Positions 29,764 to 39,192 of a stretch of DNA of 64,000 nt are shown one piece after another (within the stretch, counting starts at the first letter, position 1; each line of letters starts with the position of its first letter). This DNA is from Gammaproteobacteria bacterium (lineage in GTDB: Bacteria; Pseudomonadota; Gammaproteobacteria; Arenicellales; JAANXG01), in assembly GCA_024638505.1 (NCBI GenBank), contig JAHEKE010000007.1:534-64533 (forward strand), in the 5' to 3' direction. A model generated the notes under the pieces. The model made no database searches. It was not told the DNA's origin and saw only the letters and a list, made by a program, of their open reading frames with translations. The position numbers and the translations under genes are program-made.

Positions 29764-30591
29764 ATGAATTTCATGATAAGGACCGTTGTTGCTCTATTGC
29801 TGGCTTTTACAAGCCTTATGGCAACCCAATTACACGCACAAGAGCGGTTTATCACGGTCGCGTCTACCACCTCTACGGAAAACTCCGGTCTGTATGAATT
29901 CCTGCTGCCCAGGTTCACCGCGGAAAGCGGGATTGACGTTCGCGTCGTTGCGGTTGGCACCGGTCAGGCGATCAGGCTGGCGCGTAACGGCGACGCCGAC
30001 GTCCTTCTGGTTCACCATCGGGAATCGGAGCAACAATTTGTCGAAGAGGGTTTCGGTGAGCAGCGCTTCGACCTCATGTACAACGATTTTGTGATTGTCG
30101 GACCACTGGCTGATCCAGCCGGTGTTCGCAGCTTAAAAGACGCCGTCGCCGCGTTGCGCTCCATAGCAGGCAAGTCTCAACTGTTCGTTTCCCGCGGAGA
30201 CGACAGCGGTACGCACAAAATGGAACTCGGTCTGTGGCGGGCAGCCGGGATAAAACCCGATATAGACGGCGTCGACTGGTATAGAGAAACCGGATCGGGT
30301 ATGGGCAGGACACTCAACGTGGCCAGCGGGCTCGATGCCTACTCCCTGACCGATAGGGCCACCTGGATGAAGTTCAAAAACAAAGGATCGCTGGAGCTGC
30401 TGGTAGAGGGTGATCAGCGGTTGTTCAATCAATACGGGATTATTCTGGTCAGCACAGAAAAACATCCGCATATTAAAACTGAGGAAGGACAGCGGTTTAT
30501 CGACTGGATGCTCTCTCCGCAAGGCCAAAATGCAATCAACGCATACCAGATCAGCGGCCAGCAGGCCTTTTTTGCCAATGCGCGCCAGTAG
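29764..30591 (+). CDS. tupA: Periplasmic tungstate/oxyanion-binding protein, TupA-like
   Basis: Signal peptide, then VASTTSTENSGL (the TTTS-type motif of TupA) and AVGTGQA. 275 aa. Confidence 0.7.
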   Translation: MNFMIRTVVALLLAFTSLMATQLHAQERFITVASTTSTENSGLYEFLLPRFTAESGIDVRVVAVGTGQAIRLARNGDADVLLVHHRESEQQFVEEGFGEQRFDLMYNDFVIVGPLADPAGVRSLKDAVAALRSIAGKSQLFVSRGDDSGTHKMELGLWRAAGIKPDIDGVDWYRETGSGMGRTLNVASGLDAYSLTDRATWMKFKNKGSLELLVEGDQRLFNQYGIILVSTEKHPHIKTEEGQRFIDWMLSPQGQNAINAYQISGQQAFFANARQ

Positions 30592-30622
30592 TGCGCTGAG
30601 CGAAGCGCGGCCCCTGTAGTCC

Positions 30623-31690
30623 ATGGACCTAAGGCTCGATATCTCGTGGCGTCTCGGCTTAGGTGATCTGGAGCCGGTCGGTAAATCTCTGTTCCAGATA
30701 CTCAAATTTGTTGACACTCATGGCTCACTCAGCAGCGCGGCCAAAGCAGCTGGTGTCTCCTATCGTAGCGCGTGGAATCTTGTGAACACCTGGTCCGTTC
30801 GTCTGGGTCAACCGCTGGTAATCATGCAGCGCGGGCGGGGTGCAACACTGTCACCGCTAGGTCGAAAATTGGTACAGGCGGAAAACCGGGCTGTGAATAG
30901 AGTTTCTTCGCTACTTTCTGATCTTGCTGACGAGCTGAAAACGGAACTTGAGCAAATACCGGCTGCCGCACTCGACCAACCGGCCACCGTCTTTGCCAGC
31001 CATTGCCTGACGCACGATATATTGCGCAAGATATTTCGGGATTACGCTCAGCAGGAACTGATCCTGAAAAATGCTGGAAGCGCCAAGAGTCTTGCGGCGC
31101 TCGCGCAAGGCAGATGCGACGCGGCGGGCTTTCATCTGGTCAGCGGTGATTTGCGCCCCCGATTTATCGAGCATTACCTGAACCAGATCAATCCAGCGGA
31201 TTACACGCTGATCTATGCCACGACTCGGCGTCAGGGACTGATTGTCGCTCCCGGTAATCCGAAAAATATTCAAGATGTGACAGACCTGGTTAAAAAAAAC
31301 GTCCGCCTGGTTAACCGGCAGGAGCATTCCGGTACTCGCCTGCTGCTGGATGCCTTGCTGGACGCCAACGAAATCGCAGCCAGCCGCATAACAGGCTACC
31401 ACGCGGAAGAGTTTACTCATTCTGCGGTAAGCGCGCTGGTGGCAAGCGGGGCGGTGGATGTGGGCGTTGGGACGGAGGCATACGCCAGCCAGTTCGGACT
31501 CGATTACATCCATCTGGCGTCGGAGGAATACTACTATGCGGTGGCAAGTGAGAATCTTTTGTCACCGCCGGTCGCCAGCTTGTCGGCAGTACTTGCTGGT
31601 CAGCCATTCAGACAAAAGGTGCGCGCCCTCCCGGGCTATAACCCAACGGGTTCAGGTCGAAGACTTGCTGCCCAGTCCATTATTTCGTAG
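30623..31690 (+). CDS. Transcriptional regulator with ModE-type HTH N-domain fused to a periplasmic-binding-protein-like sensor domain (TunR-like architecture)
   Basis: HGSLSSAAKAAGVSYRSAWNLVNTWSVRLGQPLVIMQRGRGATLSPLG is the ModE/LysR-type winged helix. The C-terminal ~230 aa are PBP-like. Confidence 0.7.
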   Translation: MDLRLDISWRLGLGDLEPVGKSLFQILKFVDTHGSLSSAAKAAGVSYRSAWNLVNTWSVRLGQPLVIMQRGRGATLSPLGRKLVQAENRAVNRVSSLLSDLADELKTELEQIPAAALDQPATVFASHCLTHDILRKIFRDYAQQELILKNAGSAKSLAALAQGRCDAAGFHLVSGDLRPRFIEHYLNQINPADYTLIYATTRRQGLIVAPGNPKNIQDVTDLVKKNVRLVNRQEHSGTRLLLDALLDANEIAASRITGYHAEEFTHSAVSALVASGAVDVGVGTEAYASQFGLDYIHLASEEYYYAVASENLLSPPVASLSAVLAGQPFRQKVRALPGYNPTGSGRRLAAQSIIS

Positions 31691-31767
31691 AGCGAGTTCC
31701 GCAAAAGCCGTCTTTCTTCTTCGCTCGGAGAAATATATAACGTAGTCTTCGTAAACAGAGTGTACCT

Positions 31768-34197
31768 ATGAAATCTCACGTGCAAGTTGCCGTCATCGGC
31801 GGTGGGGTGGTGGGCTGCAGCGTTTTGTATCACCTCACCAAGTTCGGTTGGGACGAGGTCGTCCTGTTTGAGCGTTCGGAATTGACCTCAGGTTCCACCT
31901 GGCATGCGGCAGGCGGATTTCATACGCTCAATGCCGACACCAATATGGCCGCCCTGCAAGGCTACACCATCGGTCTGTATAAGGAACTAGAGACGTTATC
32001 CGGTCAGTCCTGTGGCTTGCATCACGTCGGTGGCATCACCCTGGCAACTACGCCGGAGCGAATGGATCATCTCACCGCCGAACGCGCCAAGCACCGCTAC
32101 ATGGGCCTCGAGACTGAACTGGTCAGCCCGGATGAAATCCGCGAACTGTCGCCCATCATAAACACCGATGGCGTGATCGGTGGTCTCTATGACCCTCTGG
32201 ACGGCCACCTGGATCCCTCGGGGACGACGCATGCCTACGCCAAGGCAGCCCAGCAGCAGGGCGCTGAGATTTATCTGCGTAACCGCGTACTTGCGACCAA
32301 GCCGCGCGGGGACGGCACCTGGGAGCTGGTCACAGAGGAAGGCTCGCTCATCGCGGAGCACGTGGTCAATGCCGCCGGCCTGTGGGCACGGGAGGTGGGG
32401 AGAATGGCCGGCGTTTATCTGCCGCTGCACCCCATGGAGCACCAGTACCTGGCCACGGACGATATACCGCAGATCTATGAGCGCGATCAGGAGCTGCCGC
32501 ACGTTATGGATCCTGGCGGCGAGAGCTACCTGCGGCAGGAGGGGCGGGGCCTGGTGATCGGGTTTTATGAACAGGCGTGTGAGCCCTGGGCTGTGCGGGG
32601 TACCAGCTGGGACTTTGGTCACGAGCTGCTGAACGATAAGCTGGAGCGGATTGGGGATTCGCTGGAGATCGCATACCAACGATATCCGGTGCTGGCGCAG
32701 GCGGGAATCAAGCGGATCATCAACGGCCCCTTTACCTTCGCCCCTGACGGTAACCCGCTGGTCGGGCCCGTGCCCGGGCTGAGGAACTACTGGTCGGCCT
32801 GTGCCGTTATGGCGGGATTCAGCCAGGGCGGTGGGGTGGGGCTTACCCTGGCGCAGTGGATGGTGCACGGTGAACCGGAGCGCGACGTTTTTGCAATGGA
32901 CGTTGCCCGTTACGGTGACTACTGCACCGAGTCGTTTACGCGCATAAAGGTTACTGAAAACTATCAGCGGCGTTTCGCGGTGTCTTATCCAAACGAAGAA
33001 CTGCCCGCCGGCAGACCGTTTTATACCACGCCAGCTTATGGCTTGTGGCGCCAGCAAAATGCGGTATTTGGGTCGGCCTACGGCATGGAACACGTCAATT
33101 ATTTTGCCCGGCCTGATGAACCGCGCCTCGAAATTCCGTCATTCCGACGCTCCAACGCGTTTGCCAGGGTGGCAGAGGAATGCCGCGCCGTGCGTACCGC
33201 AGTCGGAATCAACGAAATTCATAACTTCAGTAAGTTTGAGATGACGGGGCAGGGAGTAGCCGACTTTCTTGATCATATTATGGCGGGGCGCATTCCGCCG
33301 GTTGGTCGACTGAGCTTGAGCCTCATGCTCAGCCCCAAGGGGCGCATTATCGGCGATTTCACTTTATCCCGTCTGGCGCAAAACCGTTTCCAAGCCACCG
33401 CGTCTTACGCCGCGCAGGCCTACCACATGCGATGGTTTGAAGCGCACCAGCGCGAGCACCCGGGGGTCGAAATCAATAACATATCCAACGAGCGCATCGG
33501 TTTTCAGATAGCGGGCCCGAAAGCGCGCGATCTTTTAAGCAGCGTCACATCAGATGATGTATCCGCTGCGGCGTTCAAGTTCATGCAGGTACGGCGAATG
33601 CCAGTGGGACTGTGCGACGCCATTGTGCAGCGCGTGAGCTACACCGGTGATCTGGGATATGAAATCTACGTCGATCGGGATCATCAGGTGTCACTGTTCC
33701 AGACGCTGTGGGAGGCGGGTCAGCAGTTCGGTTTACGCCCCTTCGGCATGCGCGCAATGATGAGTCTGCGGCTGGAAAAGTCTTTCGGCTCCTGGCTGCG
33801 GGAGTACCGGCCGGACTACACGCCCCTGGAAACGGGGCTTGATCGGTTCGTCATGTACGACAAAGCGTCTGATTTTGTTGGCAAGCAGGCTGCCATCGCG
33901 GATCGGCAGAATGACGGTGACAGTAAAAGACGGAAGCTTTGTACCTTTGCGGTGGATGCGGACGATGCGGATGTGTGGGCGGATGAGCCGATCTGGCTGG
34001 ACGGCCGGGTAGCCGGATTCGTCACCTCGGGTGGCTATGCGCATTATTCAAAGCAAAGCGTCGCATTCGGTTTTCTACCGACAGCCGCAATAGAAGAGGG
34101 GTTAGCGGTGGAAATCGAAATACTGGGTCAGCGTCGACCAGCAAAGCTGTATTCCTCGCCTCTGTTCGACCCGGAGGCAAGGCGCATGCGCGGTTGA
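31768..34197 (+). CDS. Dimethylglycine/sarcosine dehydrogenase-family enzyme (FAD oxidoreductase fused to GcvT-type folate-binding domain)
   Basis: VAVIGGGVVGCSVLYHL FAD fold. 809 aa with a C-terminal aminomethyltransferase-like domain (YTGDLGYEIY). Confidence 0.85.
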   Translation: MKSHVQVAVIGGGVVGCSVLYHLTKFGWDEVVLFERSELTSGSTWHAAGGFHTLNADTNMAALQGYTIGLYKELETLSGQSCGLHHVGGITLATTPERMDHLTAERAKHRYMGLETELVSPDEIRELSPIINTDGVIGGLYDPLDGHLDPSGTTHAYAKAAQQQGAEIYLRNRVLATKPRGDGTWELVTEEGSLIAEHVVNAAGLWAREVGRMAGVYLPLHPMEHQYLATDDIPQIYERDQELPHVMDPGGESYLRQEGRGLVIGFYEQACEPWAVRGTSWDFGHELLNDKLERIGDSLEIAYQRYPVLAQAGIKRIINGPFTFAPDGNPLVGPVPGLRNYWSACAVMAGFSQGGGVGLTLAQWMVHGEPERDVFAMDVARYGDYCTESFTRIKVTENYQRRFAVSYPNEELPAGRPFYTTPAYGLWRQQNAVFGSAYGMEHVNYFARPDEPRLEIPSFRRSNAFARVAEECRAVRTAVGINEIHNFSKFEMTGQGVADFLDHIMAGRIPPVGRLSLSLMLSPKGRIIGDFTLSRLAQNRFQATASYAAQAYHMRWFEAHQREHPGVEINNISNERIGFQIAGPKARDLLSSVTSDDVSAAAFKFMQVRRMPVGLCDAIVQRVSYTGDLGYEIYVDRDHQVSLFQTLWEAGQQFGLRPFGMRAMMSLRLEKSFGSWLREYRPDYTPLETGLDRFVMYDKASDFVGKQAAIADRQNDGDSKRRKLCTFAVDADDADVWADEPIWLDGRVAGFVTSGGYAHYSKQSVAFGFLPTAAIEEGLAVEIEILGQRRPAKLYSSPLFDPEARRMRG

Positions 34198-34202
34198 CCG
34201 CT

Positions 34203-35399
34203 TTACTCCGCGCGACCGTCTATGCGCGGTTGCCACAGTATGGGTGAGTATACGAACAAGAACAGCGCGAACGCTCCGATCCAGGCAATTTGCGACAGCG
34301 TTATCCACCACGGATAGTGTACCGTATCGATCAGAGGCAGTATGACTCTGGCTATTGCACCGATCGCTAAAACCGCAAAAATGAAGCGCAGGCTCAGCGG
34401 CGGGTCATGCACATTTCTACCAGTGTGGCCAAGAGACACCCGTGTCATCATGCCCATTGTCATCATACCAATGCCGCCGTAGGCAAAAGCGTGTACCGCA
34501 AGATACGGCGCCAGAGGCAGCCAAGGGGTAATGCTTTTGAGGATGAAACCGAAGGCGATGAAAGCGTATGCGACATAGAGTATCCACAGTAACGGTTTGT
34601 TCCAGATGCCGGGGTAATACCATCCCCACAGTATGCATGCGTTGGTGATGAACAATGCCCCAGCCAGCAATTGCGCCGCAGACTGAAAGGTCGTAAACAC
34701 TTCGGCAACAAGGAACAGCACGAACATGATCAGGTTCGCCCGCTCGAGCCGCGGCCAGCGGCGCAGCGTCACCTCATGTCCAATGCCCCGCTCCACAAAA
34801 AAGGGTATAACGCGCCCGCCAATGACGATGATCAAACCCGTCACCAGATACAGGCCAAGGTACATTCCACGGTACATCTCTTTGGCCGTCGCAGTGATGG
34901 CCCCCCAGTAAAACAACATGTTGGCCAGAACGATTAACGTCGCAATGACCACTATTCCCAATTGCTTCCACTGCGCGGACTGGATTATTGGCCGGCTGAT
35001 GCTGACAATCAGGACCGCACCGAAGGCACCATCCAGCGCCATGGCGGACACCAGGGACAGCTCGTGCGATGACAGCAAAGCGAGTCTCGCACCGAGCCAG
35101 AGCAGAACCAGTGCAGCCAGAGGTACGCCATGCAGCGTGCGTCTGTCCGTCCAGTTGCGCACCGCGGTGAGCAGGAATCCGGAGATCACGGCCAGCGCAA
35201 AACCGAAAATCATTTCGTGGGCGTGCCACAACTGCGCGCTCAAACCAGCGGTTACGGTCTGCGCGTCGCTAGTGTACCACCACAGCCAGAGCACCATGGA
35301 GACGCAGCTGAATGCCGCCGCGCAGAGGAAAAACGGCCTGAATCCCAGGCGGAGGAGGGCAAAGCTGCGCGACGCACCTTCGACGTTTGGATCAATCAC
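34203..35399 (-). CDS. nnrS: NnrS-family haem/copper membrane protein
   Basis: About 12 TM segments. N-terminus LLRLGFRPFFL and WHAHEMIFGF are typical of NnrS. Confidence 0.8.
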   Translation of the reverse strand: MIDPNVEGASRSFALLRLGFRPFFLCAAAFSCVSMVLWLWWYTSDAQTVTAGLSAQLWHAHEMIFGFALAVISGFLLTAVRNWTDRRTLHGVPLAALVLLWLGARLALLSSHELSLVSAMALDGAFGAVLIVSISRPIIQSAQWKQLGIVVIATLIVLANMLFYWGAITATAKEMYRGMYLGLYLVTGLIIVIGGRVIPFFVERGIGHEVTLRRWPRLERANLIMFVLFLVAEVFTTFQSAAQLLAGALFITNACILWGWYYPGIWNKPLLWILYVAYAFIAFGFILKSITPWLPLAPYLAVHAFAYGGIGMMTMGMMTRVSLGHTGRNVHDPPLSLRFIFAVLAIGAIARVILPLIDTVHYPWWITLSQIAWIGAFALFLFVYSPILWQPRIDGRAE

Positions 35400-35463
35400 G
35401 GCGCCGAGCCTCGCTTGTCGAACGGTTCACGGCCGCGAGTGATCAACGAGAGGCTCGACTGCC

Positions 35464-36699
35464 TCAGAAGCTAATGAAATACTGCAGCCACCATTTGGTC
35501 GTATCGGTAGCAAAGCCGTCGGCATTGTAGTCGGCGTACTTAAGCAGCAGTTGGTGCTCTCGAAAAATGGCCTTGCCCACTGAAAAATCCCATTCATCGC
35601 CATACTTGCGTCCGCCGGCTTCGGCTGCGAAACGGTGGTAAATAACCGACGCATTCGCGCCAGCAAAATCCAAGTGCAAACCGATATAGCGGTCGTCCAC
35701 CCCAGCATCAGGGGTACTGAGGAATTTATCGGCCCAGCCCTGAAATTTGTGCAATGTGGCCAACGGCGTAATGAACTGCTTTCCCGCTTCATTTTCATCG
35801 CCGCCCAACGCCGCCCATCCAAGATTCAGCTTAACCGATTGGTATTCCGCGCCAAATTCAAGCAGGTGGTAATTGGCGGTGTAGTCAGTTGGGTTGTCGC
35901 CGTAGTCTGACTGGCGGGCGAATTCCGCAGCGTAGCTGATTGCTAGATCCGTGGACGGCTGCATGCGGCCAGTAAGGCGTATGCCGTATGTATTATTAGA
36001 GAACGCCGGATTATCTGTAAAATCAAAAAAGTAAGCGTAAGCACTCAACTCTGCCTCCGTCCAACGACTCAGGTGGGCATTGACAACGTGCGAATCGCTG
36101 TCGAGTTCGGCCGCTGGGATGCCTTCTTTCGGGCCGAAAACTCGTTTGACCTGCCAAATGTAGCCATAGCGAAGACTGAGGTCGGGCAGGGTGCTATTGC
36201 CGATGGTGAAACTGTCAAAAGTCTGTTCGTTCTGACGCCAGCCAACGGTGCCGATAAAACGCTGGTCATCGAGATTGATGCGCTGTCGGCCTAACGTGAA
36301 ATCACTGTGTTTTGGCGAGAAGCGCAAATAGGCGCGGTTAACCACAGTCCCATCAGGGTCGGCAACTACAGGGAACTCAACCTCGCCGTTGCGGGTGCTG
36401 TTATAGCGTTCGCTGCCGATGACGCTGACGTTGTTGAATTCCAGTAAGACTTTGAAGTTTTTATACGCAGCCGTCTCCAGACCCAGGCGGGTGCGCAGGG
36501 TAGACGCTTTGGCTTTATCGGTAAAACCCACCTGGTCAACGTATTCGAAGCGGTAGCGGAAGCTCAAAGTTGCTGTGCCCTTGCTGACGGCTTCGCTCAC
36601 GCTGGCCGCGGCCACCTCGGCCCGTGCCGGAGTGGCGCACACGAAACATACAATTAAGCCCAAAGCGGGCATCACGGGCAGATGGCGACGATTAGGCAT
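35464..36699 (-). CDS. Outer-membrane beta-barrel, alginate-export (AlgE-like) family porin
   Basis: Signal peptide ending ARA-EV. Alternating beta-strand pattern, LSFRYRFEYVDQ near the N-terminus, C-terminal aromatic residue (SF). Confidence 0.65.
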   Translation of the reverse strand: MPNRRHLPVMPALGLIVCFVCATPARAEVAAASVSEAVSKGTATLSFRYRFEYVDQVGFTDKAKASTLRTRLGLETAAYKNFKVLLEFNNVSVIGSERYNSTRNGEVEFPVVADPDGTVVNRAYLRFSPKHSDFTLGRQRINLDDQRFIGTVGWRQNEQTFDSFTIGNSTLPDLSLRYGYIWQVKRVFGPKEGIPAAELDSDSHVVNAHLSRWTEAELSAYAYFFDFTDNPAFSNNTYGIRLTGRMQPSTDLAISYAAEFARQSDYGDNPTDYTANYHLLEFGAEYQSVKLNLGWAALGGDENEAGKQFITPLATLHKFQGWADKFLSTPDAGVDDRYIGLHLDFAGANASVIYHRFAAEAGGRKYGDEWDFSVGKAIFREHQLLLKYADYNADGFATDTTKWWLQYFISF

Positions 36700-36704
36700 C
36701 TTAA

Positions 36705-37127
36705 TTATTTAGCGGCGACAAACTGTTTGACGAAATCCTCTTCGGTGATAATGCCCACCAGCTTGTTGTTGTCTATAACGGGTAAACAGCCTACCTTGTA
36801 CTTGGTCATCAGCTCGGCCGCTTCTTTCAGCGAGGTATCGGGAGTGGTGGTGTGAACGCGATCAACCATGGCTTCCTTAACAACGTGGGTGTCCAGCAAT
36901 TTTTGTTCCAAGTAGGTACCATATCCAAGCGTTCTCAGCAGCATCCCGCGGAATAAATCCCGCTGTGACACGATCCCGCACAGATTACCGTCTGCATCTA
37001 AAACCGGCAGGTGTCTGATTCGGTCCTGTTTCATTATGTCATCCGCGGTTGCCAGCTTGTCGTTTCTGCCCAGCGTCTTAACCTGTGATGACATTACGTC
37101 GGCTACGCGCATTTGTTCGTCTATCAT
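36705..37127 (-). CDS. CBS-pair domain protein
   Basis: 140 aa with two CBS repeats (IRHLPVLDADGNLCGIVSQRDL and VGCLPVIDNNKLVGIITEEDF). Stop lies 5 nt before the porin start. Confidence 0.85.
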   Translation of the reverse strand: MIDEQMRVADVMSSQVKTLGRNDKLATADDIMKQDRIRHLPVLDADGNLCGIVSQRDLFRGMLLRTLGYGTYLEQKLLDTHVVKEAMVDRVHTTTPDTSLKEAAELMTKYKVGCLPVIDNNKLVGIITEEDFVKQFVAAK

Positions 37128-37211
37128 TCTGCGTAAACCTCGCTCATGAGAGCTATTCCCAAGGAATCAAATTCAGTTTTCCGATTTTGGGATTTGTATA
37201 GGCCCTTGTCA

Positions 37212-37225
37212 TTGACCTAAGTCAA
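37212..37225. promoter_or_regulatory. CRP/FNR-family (Dnr/NnrR-like) box TTGAC-N4-GTCAA
   Basis: Perfect palindrome ttgacctaagtcaa, 85 nt upstream of the CBS-porin-nnrS unit. Confidence 0.5.
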
Positions 37226-37284
37226 TCCCGTGACTCATCATGCGAGCCGCTTGTATCTGCGCTGAGTGCTAGACAGATTGTCTG

Positions 37285-39000
37285 CTACGAGTACTGAGCC
37301 CACCAGCGCGCCACGCTGTCCCGGATTTCCCGGCTGTGGAAGCGCGCCGCTTTGTTAGAGGGGGGCAGGGGTTCCTCATAGAAAAACGCGGGCAGTTCGT
37401 CGTCTTCTACGGTGAAACCGGCCTGACGGTTGAATTCACTCTCCAAGCGCAGCGTTTCCCGGCCGATTCTCTCGAAAAAGCCGGCGTCGAGGTCTGTCCC
37501 CACCGCGTGGTTGATGGCGTCGGCAATCAGGTGGAGATGGGTGTTGGTTACCCCCCGGCCGAATATGCAAAAGCCGAGAGAATCCGCCGCGGCCATAACG
37601 ACCTGCGCCTCCATGCTGGCGTCCACCAGTTCGTCTGTACTTTTGCCTTCTGCCTGCATGCGGGGAACATTACCTGCGGTATGGTCCGCACCCTGGGCGG
37701 TCATCATCATAGTGATGCCAGTGACCTCTATAACGCGAGGGTCATAGGCGCTGATGGCCTGTTTTTTTATCACCGGAATCCGTGATGCGCCGAAATGTTC
37801 ACCCACCCGTGCTGTACCCTGGGCATAAATGCGCCCGCGCTCTGTTCCCCGCCGTATTTCCTCTAGCACCTCGAGCATGAAGCCAACGTCACCGAACTGG
37901 CCCACGCCGGCATCCATCAGCACCGCAATCATCGCCCCGGCCTCAATCGTATCGATGCCCAGATCATTCGCCACCGCATTGACCCGAGCCAGTTCATCCG
38001 GATCGGACAAACCACAATTCGTCCCCATCAAGCCGATGGTTTCGTATTCGACCGGCGAGACGATCTCCACCCCATTCTCGTCGGCGTACACGTTGCTGCA
38101 CTCAATCAGGCACCCCGGCATGCAGGCGTGCGCGGTAGTGCCGCCGCGGGACAGATTAAGTTCTCGAATATAGTCCCCACCCATTTTGAACGGCCCACCG
38201 CTCCCATCCTGCTGCCCGGAACGGAAGTTCTCTACGGGCAGGCCACCAATATAGTTGGTAAAGTCCGCCATCGTTGCGGTTCCCGTTTTTTTATAAACGT
38301 CCACCAGCTCGTCCGCTCGTATCTTCTTGCCGTACTCCTTGATGGCAGCCATCACTTTCTTGCGTTCATGCAGCTCGGGCATCTTGTTGAGCTCCGCCAC
38401 AACTGCCTTGACCTTTTTCGTCCCCATCACCGCGCCGACGCCGCCGCGGGCCGCCAGTCGGCTCGGTCGACGGTCCGTGTCGCTGATCGCAATACCGGCC
38501 AGCAGCCCCTGGTATTCACCAACGGGTCCACACAGGGCCAGACTGACTTTTTTTCCGTATTTCTCGTGCAGTTTCTTAGCCGCTTCGAAGTTCCCCAGTC
38601 CCATGTATGGCGCGGCGGAGTCAAAACTAATCGTCCCGTCTTTTGCGATATGGATAATCACCCAGTCCGGGGCGGCACCTTGCAGGGTCAGGCCGGCAAT
38701 ATGCAGCTGACCGAGCGCCACACCGAAAGTACCGCCCGCGTTGGATTCCTTGATGCCGCCGGTTAACGGGCTCTTGCAGCCGATGCTGGTGCGGTTGGCG
38801 TTGGAGAAGTTGGTGCCGGCAAATGGCCCGGCGGAAAAAATGAGCGGGTTGTCGCCAGACAGGGGGTCGACTTGTGCCGCCCCCGAATCCAACAGTGTTT
38901 TGGCGATGAAGTAACGCCCCGCGTTGACCAAGTCCATGCCGGCCAGGCGTTTTTCTTGCACTTCTTGCGTAGCTAAATCGATATCAAGATATCTGCGCAT
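37285..39000 (-). CDS. aor: Aldehyde:ferredoxin oxidoreductase family (tungstopterin enzyme)
   Basis: AOR N-domain (DIDLATQEV..., CKSPLTGGIKESNAGG). Cys cluster ACMPGCLIEC plus DSLGFCIFG. ANDLGIDTIEAG. Confidence 0.85.
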   Translation of the reverse strand: MRRYLDIDLATQEVQEKRLAGMDLVNAGRYFIAKTLLDSGAAQVDPLSGDNPLIFSAGPFAGTNFSNANRTSIGCKSPLTGGIKESNAGGTFGVALGQLHIAGLTLQGAAPDWVIIHIAKDGTISFDSAAPYMGLGNFEAAKKLHEKYGKKVSLALCGPVGEYQGLLAGIAISDTDRRPSRLAARGGVGAVMGTKKVKAVVAELNKMPELHERKKVMAAIKEYGKKIRADELVDVYKKTGTATMADFTNYIGGLPVENFRSGQQDGSGGPFKMGGDYIRELNLSRGGTTAHACMPGCLIECSNVYADENGVEIVSPVEYETIGLMGTNCGLSDPDELARVNAVANDLGIDTIEAGAMIAVLMDAGVGQFGDVGFMLEVLEEIRRGTERGRIYAQGTARVGEHFGASRIPVIKKQAISAYDPRVIEVTGITMMMTAQGADHTAGNVPRMQAEGKSTDELVDASMEAQVVMAAADSLGFCIFGRGVTNTHLHLIADAINHAVGTDLDAGFFERIGRETLRLESEFNRQAGFTVEDDELPAFFYEEPLPPSNKAARFHSREIRDSVARWWAQYS

Positions 39001-39169
39001 AGTCGTAAAGCGGTCGGTCTCTCATGTAAGCGGGTATGGATTAAGGTTATCTGCTGGCTGAAAGATACCAACACAGTATTTGGGGTCAAGAAGCCCGCCA
39101 TAAAATAGCCGTCGTATGGGACTTAAGTCAGGAAGGGCGATCAGACGAAACCAGACCAATACCTAACTT

Positions 39170-39187
39170 TACATAATATACATTATG
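39170..39187. promoter_or_regulatory. AT-rich repeat TACAT-N4-TACAT / CATAAT-N4-ATTATG upstream of aor
   Basis: Read directly. Shares the TACATA hexamer with both palindromes upstream of the tupA-like gene. Confidence 0.25.
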
Positions 39188-39192
39188 CGCAA

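Noticed and set aside
31996-33093. 365-aa ORF on the minus strand inside the dimethylglycine-dehydrogenase-like gene
   Set aside because: Arg/Pro/Gly-rich translation with no recognisable motif, lying entirely antisense to a gene with strong family signatures. It is a typical shadow ORF of GC-rich DNA.
39118-39131. GGGAC-TTAA-GTCAG, a possible second Dnr-like box upstream of aor
   Set aside because: Only about 7 of 10 consensus positions match, with both outer positions lost. Not distinguishable from chance.
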